In this document: piece after piece, positions 1 to 14,600 of the stretch
Layout: each line of letters starts with the position of its first letter
Numbering within the stretch: the first letter of the stretch is position 1
Translations under genes and position numbers: made by a program
The notes under the pieces: generated by a model
The model's database searches: none
Told to the model about the DNA's origin: nothing
The model's input: the letters and a program-made list of their open reading frames with translations, nothing else
Source of the DNA: Fistulifera solaris
Lineage: Eukaryota
Direction: 5' to 3'
Assembly (NCBI GenBank): GCA_030295235.1
Contig: AP026145.1
Coordinates: forward strand, 744,001 to 808,000
DNA length: 64,000 nt

Positions 1-110
1 GTGTCACTGCCTTCAAATGGGACGCAATTTGGTCAGGTTCGGATGAAGTAGCCGATCGTATCAACGCGGCACCGGCTTGTGGATTGTGTTTGGAGTCGGT
101 CGTGTATTGA
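1..110 (+). CDS. 3' end of a TruA/Pus1-family tRNA pseudouridine synthase (partial, runs in from left edge)
   Basis: Frame starting at nt 3 reads VTAFKWDAIWSGSDEVADRINAAPACGLCLESVVY* (TGA 108-110). APxxGLxLxxVxY is the C-terminal TruA motif. Confidence 0.65.
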   Translation, partial: VTAFKWDAIWSGSDEVADRINAAPACGLCLESVVY

Positions 111-649
111 AAAGATAGTATGATGGCACAAATATAGTAATCAGAGCTACCCTTTTGCTTTTAAATATGTACTGTACGACTCTATTAGTGATTCTTGATT
201 AATGTGCGAGATTATCATATCTGCTTGGATTATTATCGACTTGCATTCGAGTCGCTAGCTAGACGCGCAAAACGTTAACGCTAGACCCGATCCAACAGGA
301 TTCATTCATGGTTCATGAGTAAGCGTGACTAACTACCGACATACAGACGCCACCGTTTCAAATGCATCAACGCATAGACCTACAGCATTTTCATTTTTTG
401 CATTGCATCGTCGACTCGCAATAAGTCATCATCTTTCGTTTGGCTTATCGATTTTTTCCAATCAACTTACTCTATTTCTTAGCAAGATGAACGGCGACAA
501 CAATAACGAAGGGACACCCGGAAAGGGCTGGACGAATGGTGCCTTACCCCCTTCGTTCGCACCGCATACCATCGATGGCAAATTACAACTCTATCAAAAA
601 CATCGTCGCTGGATTGGTTTAACTAGTTCCTGGTCCAGGATCGGCAACG

Positions 650-2277
650 ATGACACGGAATCATCGAAACGCACCAGTAGCAGTTCCTCCGGGGGAAGCG
701 TTGGTGGAATCGGCAGAAGAACAAGGACAACGCGTCCGCGCCTTGATTGCGCAATTGTGTGAATCCTTTTATCGAGCGGGATGGGCGACCGGGACGGGCG
801 GTGGGATTTCGATTCGTGTGAAACACAACGATACGTGGCGCGTCTTTGTGGCACCGTCGGGTTTGCAGAAAGAAGATTTGATTGGGGATGATATCTTTGA
901 ATTGGATATGTAAGTTTTTCTTGTAATTTATTTGGGGTTCATACTCGCTCCTCCCCCCTGACGACTCTTTTGGTTCAAACAGGGACCGCAATGTCGTCCA
1001 ATATCCCTTCTCCAACCCGAACTTGCGACAATCGGCGTGTACACCGCTCTGGTACGTCATTTATCGGTTGCGACCGACGGCGACGGCCGTCTTGCACACG
1101 CACAGTCCCAATGCCGTCTACGCCACGTTGTTGGATCCCACCGAAACTTCCACTTGTCTAAAAATCACCCATCTCGAAATGTTAAAAGGCGTCGGGAATC
1201 ACGCGTACGATGATTGTCTCACCATACCCATCATTGACAATCGACCGACGGAAGATCAACTTGCCGATCAATTGGCGGCAGCCGTCCAGCAGTACCCGAA
1301 AGCCAATGCGGTCCTCGTGCGGCGGCATGGTTTGTATGTGTGGGGAGATTCGTGGGAACAATGCAAGACGCAGGCGGAATCGATGGATTATGTTTTGGCG
1401 GCGGCGGTCCAAATGAAACAAATGGGAATTGATCCGGCGGTGCCGCCTGCACAGGGACGTATCGCGACGAAAAATCGTCACGAGACGCCGAGCCCGTTCC
1501 CAAGAAACAAAAAACGGGATTTCATGGTGTTGCGGCCGCCGACAATGCGGACGATTTGTTGTCGAATGCAACACCGTTGTTGCCGCGCGATGGATTTCAG
1601 GCGTTATTGCTCGATATTGAAGGATGTACGAGCAGTATTGCCTTTGTGAAAGAGGTCTTGTTTCCGTACGTTCGACAGCATTTGTCGGAATTTCTAGAAC
1701 AACACCCGAATGCGGATTGGTTACCGGCTTTGCAGCAGGAAGTCCAGTCGCACGGAGGAAATGTCTTGACGACTATTCCAGATTGTGTCACGTATTTGAT
1801 GGATCGTGATATCAAATCGGCGGCCCTCAAAGAGTTGCAAGGACAAATGTGGCAAGCGGGTTACGAGGCCGGTGAATTACAAGGTCATGTCTATGCGGAT
1901 CTGAAACCCATGTTGGAATGGATGAAACAGAATCAAATTCCGGTCTATATTTATTCGTCGGGATCCGTGAAAGCGCAAAAGCTACTGTTTGGGCATTCTG
2001 TACAAGGTGATTTGTTGCCGTTGTTGGCGGGACATTTTGATATACCGAGTGCGGGTGGGAAAAAGAAAGTAGTTCGTATCAAACGATTGCGAATCAATTG
2101 GGTCTACCGCCTTCTGAAATCGTCTTTGTGAGTGATGCCGAAGACGAATTGGTGGCCGCTCGGCAAGCGGGGATCGGGAAGGCCGTCATGAGCGTGCGAT
2201 CGGGCAATGTACCCATGACAGCGGTGGGGAAAGCATTTCCGGCAATCTATTCGTTGCTCCAATTGTGTGGTGCATGA
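650..2277 (+). CDS. Bifunctional methylthioribulose-1-phosphate dehydratase / enolase-phosphatase E1 (MtnB-MtnC fusion, methionine salvage)
   Basis: MtnB motifs GWATGTGGGISIR, APSGLQKE, HTHS, VLVRRHGLYVWG. HAD E1 motifs LLDIEGCTSSI, LKELQG, YIYSSGS. Intron 910-982. Apparent indels at ~1454 (G run) and ~2065 (A run). Stop TGA 2275-2277. The true start may lie upstream (~488). Confidence 0.9.
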
Positions 2278-2634
2278 AAGTGTCCATAATTTACACAGCA
2301 GTTAAAGAACTAGATCTCCTCCTACTGAGGCTCCCTCTCTAGATTTGTGTCGTCATTGCGGTCAACCGTCATCTTCTTTAAGTGCCTGACCGGTACCCAA
2401 TTTACATACGTTTGAACATTTATGAAACGCACCGGGACTCATTTACCGCTCGATCTCGTCCTCGTCCTTTTTTTACCGCAAGGGAAAAAAGACGACAAAA
2501 GTCAACAAGGATTTGTTGCATCACATTATTGCTGTTCATCCAAAAGAATAACTGTTGCAGCAATAGTATAGAAACGAATACATATTATAAAAGGAGGTGA
2601 CAGGGAGCTGCGTAAGGAGGCAAGGCAGTCCAAA

Positions 2635-5600
2635 ATGACCTCCAAAGATCCTCGCGAATATGTTCGGTAAGTTTCGATGGATTAGCTTGAAGGAATCCAA
2701 ATTTTTGTGTCATTTCACCTAACTCCTATTCTATACAGTCTCGCGTGTGAACTACACTTGTCCGGAGCTTTGGAAGAAAGTGATCCGGTGGTAGAGGACT
2801 TTTTAGCGAGCCCGGAGGAAACGAAATTGTTTGTGTGGACGTCCGCCGGCAAGATGCACGCCGGTCTTACGTTACCGTCGGCGGCGGTGACAGCAGCCAT
2901 TGTCTTTTGCCGCTCCAACGAGTCGTCGACCCTCCAATGTTTGACGTTACCGTCCAGCGGCGACGAAACAACAACGACGACGACCACTTCTATCTTGCAA
3001 GCCTTGCAAATTTACACGCAGCAATGTTTCATGCCCACCGTGCAGTCGATTTTGCAGCAAGATGAGGAAGCGCTGCAACGTCTGCAGGATAAGTTGCGAG
3101 CTTTAGATGTGGCGCTGCAACAGACGTCTCGTTCCGCGCACTTGCCGTCGATTGAATTGCCCATTCATCCGATCCTGCAAGCGGCCGTGGAAAAGCGAGG
3201 AGATGGTGTTTCGTCCTGGGACTGGGAAGCGCTGGGTCTGGCCGAAAAACTGAACGACGATGACTTTCTGAACGAACTGCAGGCCGAAGTCTCGGGCTGG
3301 ATTGCGCAAATTCGTACCATCACCACCCTCCAGCCAGAATTGGTGATTCAGGCGTCGGAAGATCAAGCTCCCAACCCGGACGCTGTTGCTCACGAAATGG
3401 CGTATTGGACGGCATTGCAACAAGAACTGCAACATGTCCAGGAACAGTTACAGTCACCCGGAGTCGAGGCGACGGTGGCTTTGTTGCGAGAAGCGAAACG
3501 CTTCGTGGCCACGTTGGCATTGGAAAACAACACGGGTCTCGAACAGGCCATGGCGTACGCGGCGGATATGACCCATTTTTGAAGGGATACCCGTTGGCGG
3601 ATTTACAGGCGGCGGTGGATTTTGAACAATTGGCGGCGGTGGTGCAAGCCATCTTCGATCATCTCAACAAGATCCGCTCGAGTCGTTACTACTCACTTCC
3701 CCGTGGGATTCTGTTGTTGGAGGGAACAACGGTCGTTCTTCGAGATGCTATTCAGCATTTGTTGCTTCAAGATAAGCACAAGAACTTCTTGTTCATGGAC
3801 TATGCGGACTATCAACGCAAAATTCGGTATCCTGTCCTGGACGTATTTGTGCAGTTTGAAGATCGTTGGCAGGAATGGAAAGAATTCATGCTGGATCAGG
3901 GCCGACGTCGGAAGGTGACAGGCCTCAGTAAATTGCTGGATAGAATGGTATTGCACCACATGCCATTGAGAGAACGACTGGACCAAATTGATGAATTCCG
4001 CCAAGCTCAGGAGACCCTACGCAATGTTGTTCACACGGTGTTGCGGGAAGATGAACCCACCGCGTTGCAGCAGGTGGAGCACGCTCCTCGGCAAATATTT
4101 GGAAGTATTGCTGTCCTCGACTTGAGTCCAGGAGGGAAACAAGCCTTGGAAACAGCACTAGAAGAGTATGACCTGCAAACCGATGCTATAGAGGAACGTC
4201 TAGCCCGACTCCTCCGTGAAAAACTGGAGGCATGCCAGGTATGTATACATGCGGCTCGGATTTTTGAAAGTTTGATAGCTTTTTTTAACCGTGTGATCTT
4301 TCCGCAGGATGCTGAAGACATGTTTGGAGTATTCGCTCGCTTCAATCTGCTCCTGACGCGAAGCCGAGTACAGTCCGCTGTGAAGGAGTTTCAGATGCAG
4401 CTCATATCGACTGTCGCTGAAGCTGTAGAGAAACTGCAATCGAAATTTACTTTAAAGTACGAAGCGTCGCCGGCTGCCCGCATTTCACGTCTACGAGGAA
4501 TCCCTCCTGTAGCGGGAAAGATTCTTTGGGCGAAACAAATGGAGCGACAAGTTCAAACATTGATGGAGAGAATGAGTGATGTCCTCGGGCCGAATTGGGG
4601 ACAGCAGCTAGAAGGCCGTCAATTGAGCAAAAGCGGCGATGAGCTTCTTTCCAAGCTGGATGCTCGCTCGTATTTCCGGAGCTGGGTGACAGAGTGGGAG
4701 CGCGAACTTTCGTCTTCGGCCCACAATAAGCTCAACTCGTATCCAGTGTTGATTGAGAACCAGCAGGGAAAGCTTGTCGCTAGAGTCAACTTCGATGAAA
4801 GAAGCGAGCTTCTTTTCAAAGAAATACGACACCTAAAGTGGTTAGGTTTTGCAAAGGACATCCCACGCACGTTGGTCATGGTCTCTGACGAAGCTACTGC
4901 TCGCTATTCATATGCAGTGGCAATCAAGACGGCACTTCGCTCCTATCAAGCTGTCCGTGTCTTGATAAGTTCTGAACTAGAGCCACTTGTGATGCCGCAA
5001 CTACTCGAAATTCGCGAAATTATTTCGGAAGCCTTCGATGTGAAGTTATCTACTTCTACGGCTGTTTCCAAGAAACACCGTGTCCGCTGGGATGCAAAAG
5101 AAATGACTGATTGGGTTATCCGCTTGACTGAGTCTGTCACAAAGTTCGAAGATCGAGTAGAGCAACTTCTTCGTGCTTGTGATAAGGTTGATATTGCGTT
5201 AAATTTGATGGAAAAGGTGGATTACAACGCCAACATGTTTCTTGGTGTTTTGAGTAGTATCCAAAAGACAATAGATGAGATGTCGCTAAGTGGCTACTCC
5301 GACCTGGACTATTGGGTTAACACAGTCGGAGACAAAATGGCTGAGGTTCTTGCAAAACGCCTTGAAAAGGCTCTCAAAGGGTGGAACAGGGCACTTCGAC
5401 TCTCGAAGGAGAACTTGAATAGCCACTCAAACGAAGGTAACGAAGTAGATGGCGATATGAATGAGAGAGATGACGGCCTTGAGCTAGCTGTCTTGCCGAT
5501 GCAAGTGAATCTAGAAATTGTTCTCCGCAATCAAGAAATTTCTGCTTCGCCCTCCTTACCATCTGTTAGAGCCCACTTTCTAGACGCGCTGCATGCGTAT

Positions 5601-8600
5601 ATCGGTACCGTGTGTAATTTGCCACGACCGAGAGGCGGTCGTTACGAAGTCTTTGATGGTATTACAGCCAAAAGCTCCAATGATCTAAAAGTTTCGGCAA
5701 ATTGCTTTGATGACTTGTTGAGTTTAGTTCCGGTGGAGGTTGTTTCGGAAGCCTATACCTGCATCGAGCACCACGTCAACGAAGCAGCAGTCTTCGTTGA
5801 CCAATGGTTGGCATACCAGACACTTTGGGATACTCAAGTTCCTGATGTAGCTGCAGCGGTTGGAACCGACGTGCACAAATGGCAAATGCTTCTTGCTGAA
5901 GCTGCAGACGCTCGCGCGACTCTGGATCTATCAGCTTCTGTCTCTGATTTTGGTCTGGTCACAGTAAAGTATGGAAAGGTCCAATCTCAGATAAATTTGA
6001 AGTACGATTCGTGGCAAAAAGAGTTACAAGCTTCATTTGCTACAATTCTGGGACAATGCATCTCCGAAATGCACCGAACAATCACAACTACTAAAACAAA
6101 GCTGGAAGAAACGACTCTTGATAGTGCGTCGACGGACAACATTGTACTCGGGGTTACATTTATTCAGGAAGTGAAGCAAAAAGTCGGTGTTTGGATCAAG
6201 GAACTAGACTTGCTTTGCTCCTCCGAGAAGCAGCTTAGGAAGCAACGGTACTTATTTCATTCGGAATGGCTTGAAACAAGTGTGTTGAAAGGTCTTTACG
6301 ACAGTCTCTTGCAGATTCTAGAGCGTCGCAGCAGAACGATGGAGCAACAAATCCCGCTTTTGCAAGCTCGAGTTGCAACCGAAGACAAGTCTGCTTCGAA
6401 ACAACTTGCTGAATTGGTTGACAACTGGAACGACAAGAAGCCACTAAGGGGAAATATGAGCCCTCCGAACGCCATGGAGCTTTTGGCAAAGTATGAAATT
6501 GACCTTAATAAGGCACACATCCACCAAGAGAATCTAGTTAAAGCGAAGGATGCGCTTGGATTAGAGCACATGGTGCAAGCCAATGACATTATAGCTGCTT
6601 TGAACGAACTGTCCGATTTGAAAGAAGTGTGGCAAGCGATGATGGAACCTTTCGAATCCTTACAACAAATTAAAGATACACTTTGGTCGAGTGTTGTGAC
6701 ACGCAAAATCAAGCGTGGTCTCGATGACCTTCTGGCATCAATGCGTTCACTCCCCAATCGGGTAAGGCAGTACGAAGCTTACACGCATTTGCATGATGCA
6801 GTTAAGGACTTCATTGCCGGACACGGACTAATGTCTGATTTGAAAACCGACGCGCTGAAAGAAAGGCATTGGAAAATGATACTCCAGCGTCTTGGAATTC
6901 GTATTCCTCTTGCGGATCTGACGCTGGGATTGCTTTGGGAAAATGGTGTGTTGACGAGAAAGAAAGAAATAAGCGAAATCTTGTCAATGGCTCAAGGCGA
7001 AATGGCTCTAGAAGTTTTTCTCACCCAAGTTCGCGACCGGTGGACTAAACAAGAACTGGATTTAGTACTTTTTCAGAACCGTACACGTCTCATCCGTGGC
7101 TGGGACGAACTCTTTGCCACGCTCGACGACCACATCAATGGTCTCGTGCAAATGAAGAGTTCCCCATTCTATCGTGCTGTGAGGGAGTTCCAAGAAGAGG
7201 GGAAGCTCTGGGAGGACCGTCTTACCAAGCTCCGAGCTGCATTTGACGCTTGGGTCGACGTACAAAGGCGATGGGTTTACCTTGAGGGGATTTTTGTTTG
7301 GAAGTTCGGATATCAAGGCGCAACTTCCTGCAGAGTGGTCTCGTTTCAAGAGCGTGGATACAGAATTTGTTGCTCTAATGAGACGTATTGCAAACAAACC
7401 AAATGCAATGGAAGTTCTTAATATTGATAACCTCCAGCGAACCCTGGAGAGACTTGGAAACTTAATGGGGGTTATTCAACGTGCACTCGGTGAATACTTG
7501 ACGAAGCAGCGCAGCGACTTCAGTCGCTTTTATTTTCTTGGTGATGATGACTTGTTGGAAATCATGGGAAATTCTGGCGAACCAGGAAAGGTGCTTGCTC
7601 ATATTGGAAAAATGTTCGCCGGTATTGCTGGGGCGCGAGTTGTCTCGGAAGGACTTCCGGAAAACGTTCGGACGCGCTTGGATGCAATGGTCTCGAAAGA
7701 CGGTGAGATCGTACCATTCCACAAGCCAATCGATATAACGGAGACCACGAATGTCAAGGATTGGTTGAAGGATGTCGAAACAGGAATGCAGACAACACTG
7801 GCACTACTTCTCGAATCAGCGGTCCAAGAAGATGACTATACAATTGATACCAGCTTCACAATAGATAATGCAGAGAAATTTGTTGGATGGGCGACGAAGT
7901 TTCCCGCGCAGGTAATGATTCTTGCTACACAGATAAACTGGAGCATGGGAGTCGACAAAGCGCTCCAGGATCAGGATGTTGAACAGTCATTATCATCTTT
8001 CCTAGCAATGTTGGAATGGAAACTTGAAGTCATGGCGAGTACAGTCTTGGAAGAATTACCTTCTGATGCGAGAAAGAAATTTGAACAAATGATCACAGAA
8101 CTAGTTCGTCAAAGAGACATTGTTCGATCTTTGCAAAATGAGGGAGTCAAGAATCCAAAAGATTTCCGTTGGCTTTACCATCTTCGATACCGCTATAATC
8201 CTGCAGCTGAAAATTTATCAGAGAAGCTGGTTGTTATGCTTTCAAATGCATCCTTCCAATACGGATTCGAGTACCTTGGCATTGGGGAGCGGTTGGTCCA
8301 AACGCCACTCACAGATAAGTGCTTTTTGACGCTGACACAGGCCCTTCATTTTCGTCTGGGAGGAAGTCCATTCGGTCCTGCTGGTACAGGCAAGACGGAG
8401 AGTGTTAAAGCCCTTGGAGCCGCATTAGGACGGTTTGTGCTAGTTTTCAATTGCGATGAAACATTTGACTTCAGTGCAATGGGACGTTTACTTGCGGGGC
8501 TTTCGCAAGTGGGTGCGTGGGGATGCTTCGACGAGTTCAATAGGTTAGAAGAGCGCATTCTGAGTGCTGTCAGCCAACAAATCTTGACCATTCAGCAGGG

Positions 8601-11600
8601 TCTACTCGGCCGAAAATCAAGTGTCGAGTTACTTGGAAGAAATATTTCTTTGCACAGTAATGTCGGCATTTTTATAACGATGAACCCTGGATACGAAGGT
8701 CGTAGCAACCTTCCAGACAACCTCAAGAATCTCTTTCGGTAAGTCTATTTTTGGGCATAACGCATACCTTGCACAAATGTTGTCTTCTAAATTCTTTTAC
8801 AGGTCGATGGCAATGGTGGTCCCAGATCGCAAACTGATTGCTCAGGTTATGCTTTATAGCCAAGGGATTGTGACGGCTGAAAGACTTGCAGGGAGAGTTG
8901 TGGACTTGTTCTTATTTTGTGAAGAGCGTATGTCCAAACAACGGCACTACGATTTTGGACTGCGTGCACTGAAGACCCTGTTAGTGAGCGCTGGTGCTCT
9001 TAAGCGCAAAGCACTAGAGGGAAAAGGTAGCCTCTCTGGCGACGATCTTGCGAGGGAAGAAGAAGCTGCGCTTATAGCAGGAGCCTGCAACAACGTCCTT
9101 CCAAAACTTGTTGCTGAAGATATGTCTCTCTTCACTGAGATATTGAGTGAAGTGTTTCCTGGTGCTCAGGTCACCAAGATGGAAGACGAAACCGCCCGCG
9201 AACACATTATCGCCGTCTGCAGAGAACATCAGCTTGTATCGGAGACCGTCTTCGTTCAGAAGATACTTCAACTAAAACAAGTTATCGACTCGCGTCACGG
9301 CATCATGGTGGTGGGAAAGTCAGGTAAATCGGCAGCTTTGAGAGTGTTGCTCGCTGTTCTCGAAAAACTTGATGCGACCAAAGGTGAGCTGTATGTTATT
9401 GATCCTAAAGCAATGAGCAAGGACCGTTTATATGGTTCTTTGGACGGAACAACGCTTGAGTGGACGGACGGTGTTGTGACGAGTTTGCTTCGAAAAATCA
9501 TTGACAATCAGAAGGGCGAGGCTGATCGTCGGCATTGGATTGTTTTTGATGGGGACGTCGATGTAAGTACGAGAGATCATTAACGCGGTTCTGTAATATG
9601 GATGTCTTTCCTAATCTTTTCGTCGTAGCCTGAATGGGCCGAGAATCTGAATTCGGTACTTGATGATAACAAAATGTTGACCTTGCCCTCGGGAGAAAGA
9701 ATTTCGATTCCTGATAATGTTCGCATTATTTTGGAAGTTGACAATCTTTCCCATGCAACACCAGCGACAGTTTCGCGTTGCGGCATGGTCTGGTTTAGTG
9801 ATGATTGTATTTCAACTGAGATGGCGCTCAGTCACATGATTGATTCACTTGCAATAGACAACCTGGTCGAAGGGGTAACACAGAGCAGCGAAATTCCGGC
9901 CGCACAAACTCAGTTTATCATGGCAATTAAGCCATTGATACACTCTGAGAGGACCTCGTCTCTTGTTGTCGACGCTCTTGAATTTGCTTTACACGAGAAA
10001 CACATCATGGATACATCTAGAGACCAACTTTTGAAAAATCTTTGCTCCCTGCTCACCCAGGGGATCAGTCTTGCTGTGGAGTATGACGAAAACCATCCAG
10101 ACTTTCCTATCACAGGAGAACACATGGAAAAATTTGCAAAGCGCTGGATGCTTCATTCATTACTTTGGGCTTTTTGTGGTAGCGCTTCTTGGGAAGTTCG
10201 CAAGAAATTCAGCGATATGCTAGTAAGGACGAGCGGTATCATGCTTCCTGACGCAAATAATTGCGTATTTGATTACCGTGTTCGTGTTGACAATGGTGAA
10301 TATGAACCATGGAGTGATAGTGTACCAAGAATGGAGATTGAAAGTCACCGTGTTGCATCAAGCGATGTAGTTATTACGACAACCGACACAGTAAGACACT
10401 CTGAGGTCTTGGCTGGTTGGTTATCGAAACGGGTGCCTCTTATTTTATGTGGCCCCCCTGGTAGTGGCAAGACCATGACGCTTACAAGCGTCCTCCAAGC
10501 GTTTCAAGGCGTTGTTCTGGCTAGCTTGAACTTCTCTTCAAGGACCACCCCAAAAATTATATTGAAGACATTCTCGCAGTATTGTTCCTATGTGCGACGG
10601 GGAAAAGACGTTTATTTGGAGCCATCTCAAAACCTGGGTGACAACACTTGGCTTGTTGTATTCTGCGATGAAATAAACCTTCCCGAAAAAGACTCATACG
10701 GGACTCAGCGGGTGATTATGTTCATGAGGCAGCTGGTGGAACATGGTGGTTTCTGGAGAGGTGACAACATTTGGGTGAAGATCAATCGAATTCAGTTCGT
10801 CGGTGCATGTAATCCTCCCACCGACGCTGGCCGAGTCGCTATGTCGCACAGATTTCTACGCCATGTTCCAGTTCTTCTAGTCGACTTCCCTGCAAAAGAT
10901 TCGTTATTGCAGATTTACAGGACTTTTAACGGTGGCGTGATGAAATTATTTCCTAATCTTAAGGGCGAGACAGAAGCCATGACGGAGGCTATGGTCGAAG
11001 TGTACCTGGAAAACCAAAAGAAATTTACCCCGGAAATTCAGCCGCAGTACTTTTACTCCCCCTCGCGAACTGAGCCGTTGGGTAAGGGGGGTTTTCGAGG
11101 CGGTGAGGGATATCGACCATGGTTTGACAAGAGAAGAGCTTGTTCGAGTGTGGGCTCACGAGGCCCTCCGGTTGTTTGCCGATAGATTAGTCGAAAAGGC
11201 CGACCAAGAGTGGTGCAGCAATAAAATTGACGAAGTTGCTCGAAAGTGGTTCGCTGGAGTCGACTTTGATATCGCATTGCAAAGACCTATTTTCTACACG
11301 ACTTGGCTAAGCAAGGAAACAAAACGGGTGGACCGAGATGAACTCAAATCTTTCCTTGCTGCTCGCTTGCATGTGTTCTACGAGGAGGAGCTTGATGTCC
11401 AGTTGGTCGTCTTTGACGAAGTTCTTGAACACATTTTACGAATTGATCGTGTATTAAGACAGCCTATGGGCCACCTCCTTCTCGTTGGCGACTCTGGTGC
11501 AGGAAAAACTGTACTCAGTAAGTTTGTGAGCTGGATGAACGGACTCAACATATTCCAAATTAAAGCACACTCCCGCTATGGAATGGAGGATTTCAATGAA

Positions 11601-14600
11601 GATCTTCGAAATCTCATGCGGAGAGTAGGTGTCGAGGGAGAGAAGATATGCTTTATTTTTGACGAAGCAAATGTCTTATCTTCTGGTTTCATCGAGGCTA
11701 TTAACGCTTTGCTTGCAAGTGGTGAAGTTCCTGGTCTGTTTGACGGCGAAGATTTCTCTTCACTTATGACCTCCGTCCGTGACAGTGCAATGCGGGATGG
11801 CACGATTCTTGACTCTGAAGAAGAATTATGGCGCTACTTTACAGCCATTGTTCAAAGAAACCTCCACGTGGTTTTTACTGTCAATCCAAGTGGGGGCGAT
11901 TGGAAGAATAGGTCAACAACAAGTCCTGCCCTTTTTAATCGATGTGTCGTCGATTGGTTTGGGACGTGGGGATCCACAGCGATGGCCCAAGTCGGCAAAG
12001 AGTTTACTCTTCGCATTGATATGGGAGATTCTGAAGCTGAGGGAGGATCTTGGGGTATGGGAGATGGCGAGGAGCTGATGAAGAAAGTAGCCGATGTGTT
12101 CGACGGGTCGGGTACCATGAGGCAGGCCGTTGTTGCTGCTCTTGTAGCCATCCACGATATTGCTAGGTCGACTGCCGAGACAGCGGCTAATGAGACACGT
12201 AGTATTGCGAGAACATTTTTGTCACCGCGTGATTACCTAGCGCTTATCGAAAACTTTGTTTCTTGCCTTAACAAACGCCGAGAACAAGTTGAAGATGAGC
12301 AGCTTCACGTGAATGCCGGCCTAGATAAACTTCGACAAACCCAGGAAAACGTTGCCGAGCTCAAAAAGGGGTTGGGGGCCAAGACTGAGGAGTTACGTAG
12401 GAAGGAAGCGCTAGCGAATGAAAAACTTCAACAAATGGTGGCCGATCAGAATGTTGCTGAACAGCGAAAGGCCGAAGCGGAACGCATGAGTGCCGCCGTC
12501 GAAAAACAACAGATTCAAATTAATCAAAGAAAGGAGGAAGCACAAAAGACCTTGACGAAGCAGAACCTGCTCTAAGGAGCGCACAAGAGAGTGTGCGCGG
12601 CATAAAGAAGCGAGATCTTGACGAAGTGCGAAATCTAGCGCGTCCTCCGGCCAACGTAAAATTGACATTGGAATGTATCGCCATCATGCTTGGAGAAAGC
12701 AAAGTGGAATGGGCTGATATTCGCAAGGTGCTAAACAAGATTGACTTCATCCCCAGTATTATCAATTTCGACGCGGATAATCTCTCTTTGAAGCAGATAA
12801 ATCTTGTGAAGGAGCAGTACATAGACGGAAATCCTGATCTTACGGAAGAAAGTGTGACAAGGAGTAGCAAGGCGTGCGGCCCCCTTTACAAATGGGCCGA
12901 ATCGCAAATAAGATACAGCACAATTTACAATAACATACAGCCGCTGAGGGATGAAGTTGAAAGATTAGAGCAAGAGGCGTTAGTTGCCAAGGAGGATAAG
13001 TCAAAGATTGAGGGCGAAGTGCAAGATCTTGAGTCATCCATTGCTCAATACAAGACAGATTACGCTACTTTGATTCGTGATGTCGAGGCGCTGAAAGTAG
13101 AAATGGAAGCGGTCACCACCAAAATCGCTCGTGCGGAAAGCTTACTTCACAGTCTAGAACACGAGAGCCAGCGTTGGGCGAAAAGCTCAGAGGCATTTCA
13201 AACGATCATGAAGAGTCTCGTAGGCGACGGTTTGCTGATGGCTGGATTCCTCACCTACGCAGGCTTTTTTGACTTTCATAGCCGATCAAATATGATGAAT
13301 CAATGGAAAAAGGCGCTGGATTTACTGGACATTGATTTTCGCCTTGATCTCGGCATTGTAGAGTCTCTCAGTACAGCATCTCAGCGGCTTACTTGGGAAA
13401 GCGAAGGACTTCCAAGCGATGGACTTAGCCTTGAAAATGCTGTTATTTTGGATCACTCGACAAGGTTCCCCCTTATTATAGACCCTTCCGGTCAGGCCAT
13501 TGCTTTCGTCTTGAAAAAGTATTCGAACGAAAAGATTCAGACAACAAGTTTTGTGGATAAGGCTTTTGCCAAAACTCTTGCGAGCGCCGTACGTTTTGGA
13601 ACAGCACTCCTGGTCGAGAACGTCGAAACAATCGATCCTATATTGAACCCAATTTTGAACAAAGAACTTCAGCGCACCGGTGGTCGAACTCTAGTTCGCA
13701 TTGGGACAGAGGAGGTCGACTACAGTCCTAAGTTCAGAATTATTCTCAGCACAAAGAATCCAGCCGTCCACTTGACACCAGACCTCTGCTCTAGAGTAAC
13801 GTTGGTGAACTTCACTGTTACGCCTGACAGTCTTCAAAGTCAGAGTCTAAGCCAACTCGTTAGGGCTTTGAAGCCGGCCCTCGAATCACAAAGAGCTGCA
13901 CTATTAAAGCTTCAAGGTGAACAAAACGTAAAATTACGTGGTTTGGAAGACCAAATGCTTTCGAAGATCAGCGCTTGTGAAGGAAGTATTCTAGATGATG
14001 ATAGGGTTGTTGAAGGAATGGAAATCTTGATGAAAGAAGGCGCGCAAGTTGAAGAGCAGATTTCTCACAGCGCTGAAGTCATGAAACAAGTGCACAAAGC
14101 GGTTGCTCAATTCGAACCTTTTTCTTCCTTGTGTCGTAATCTGTTCATCTTGCTAGAAGCCCTCCGTGAGTTGAGCTTCTTGTACGAATTCACTGCAACG
14201 ACATTTATTTCCATCCTGCAACATGTCCTCAGCCAAATTCAAGGTGGAGACGACGACGCAAAAGTGCTTGAGGAGCTCAGACGTAGTCTCTTTTCCGAGA
14301 CCGTAGCTCGTATCGGTCGCGGCCTTCAAGTTGAAGACAAACTTGTTTTTTCCATCCTTTTGGCTCGGATCTTTAAGAACGACAAGTCCATTGGCGCAGA
14401 TACGGCAAGCTCTTCCTCTGACTTGGTCAAAATTATTGTGGAACAATTTGGCGAAGCTTTCCTTTGGCAAGGGCGTGGTCTGAACGACCTTGTCGACGTT
14501 ACTGAACTCGAGATCAATTCGACAACTCCTCTTCTTCTCTGCAGCGCACCAGGTCATGATGTGAGTGGAAGAGTCGAGGCGATGGCACGTGAATTGAACA

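Noticed and set aside
1440..1520. Programmed ribosomal frameshift between the MtnB and MtnC domains
   Set aside because: One extra G in a G run restores the fusion known from plant DEP1, and the same error type occurs throughout the window.
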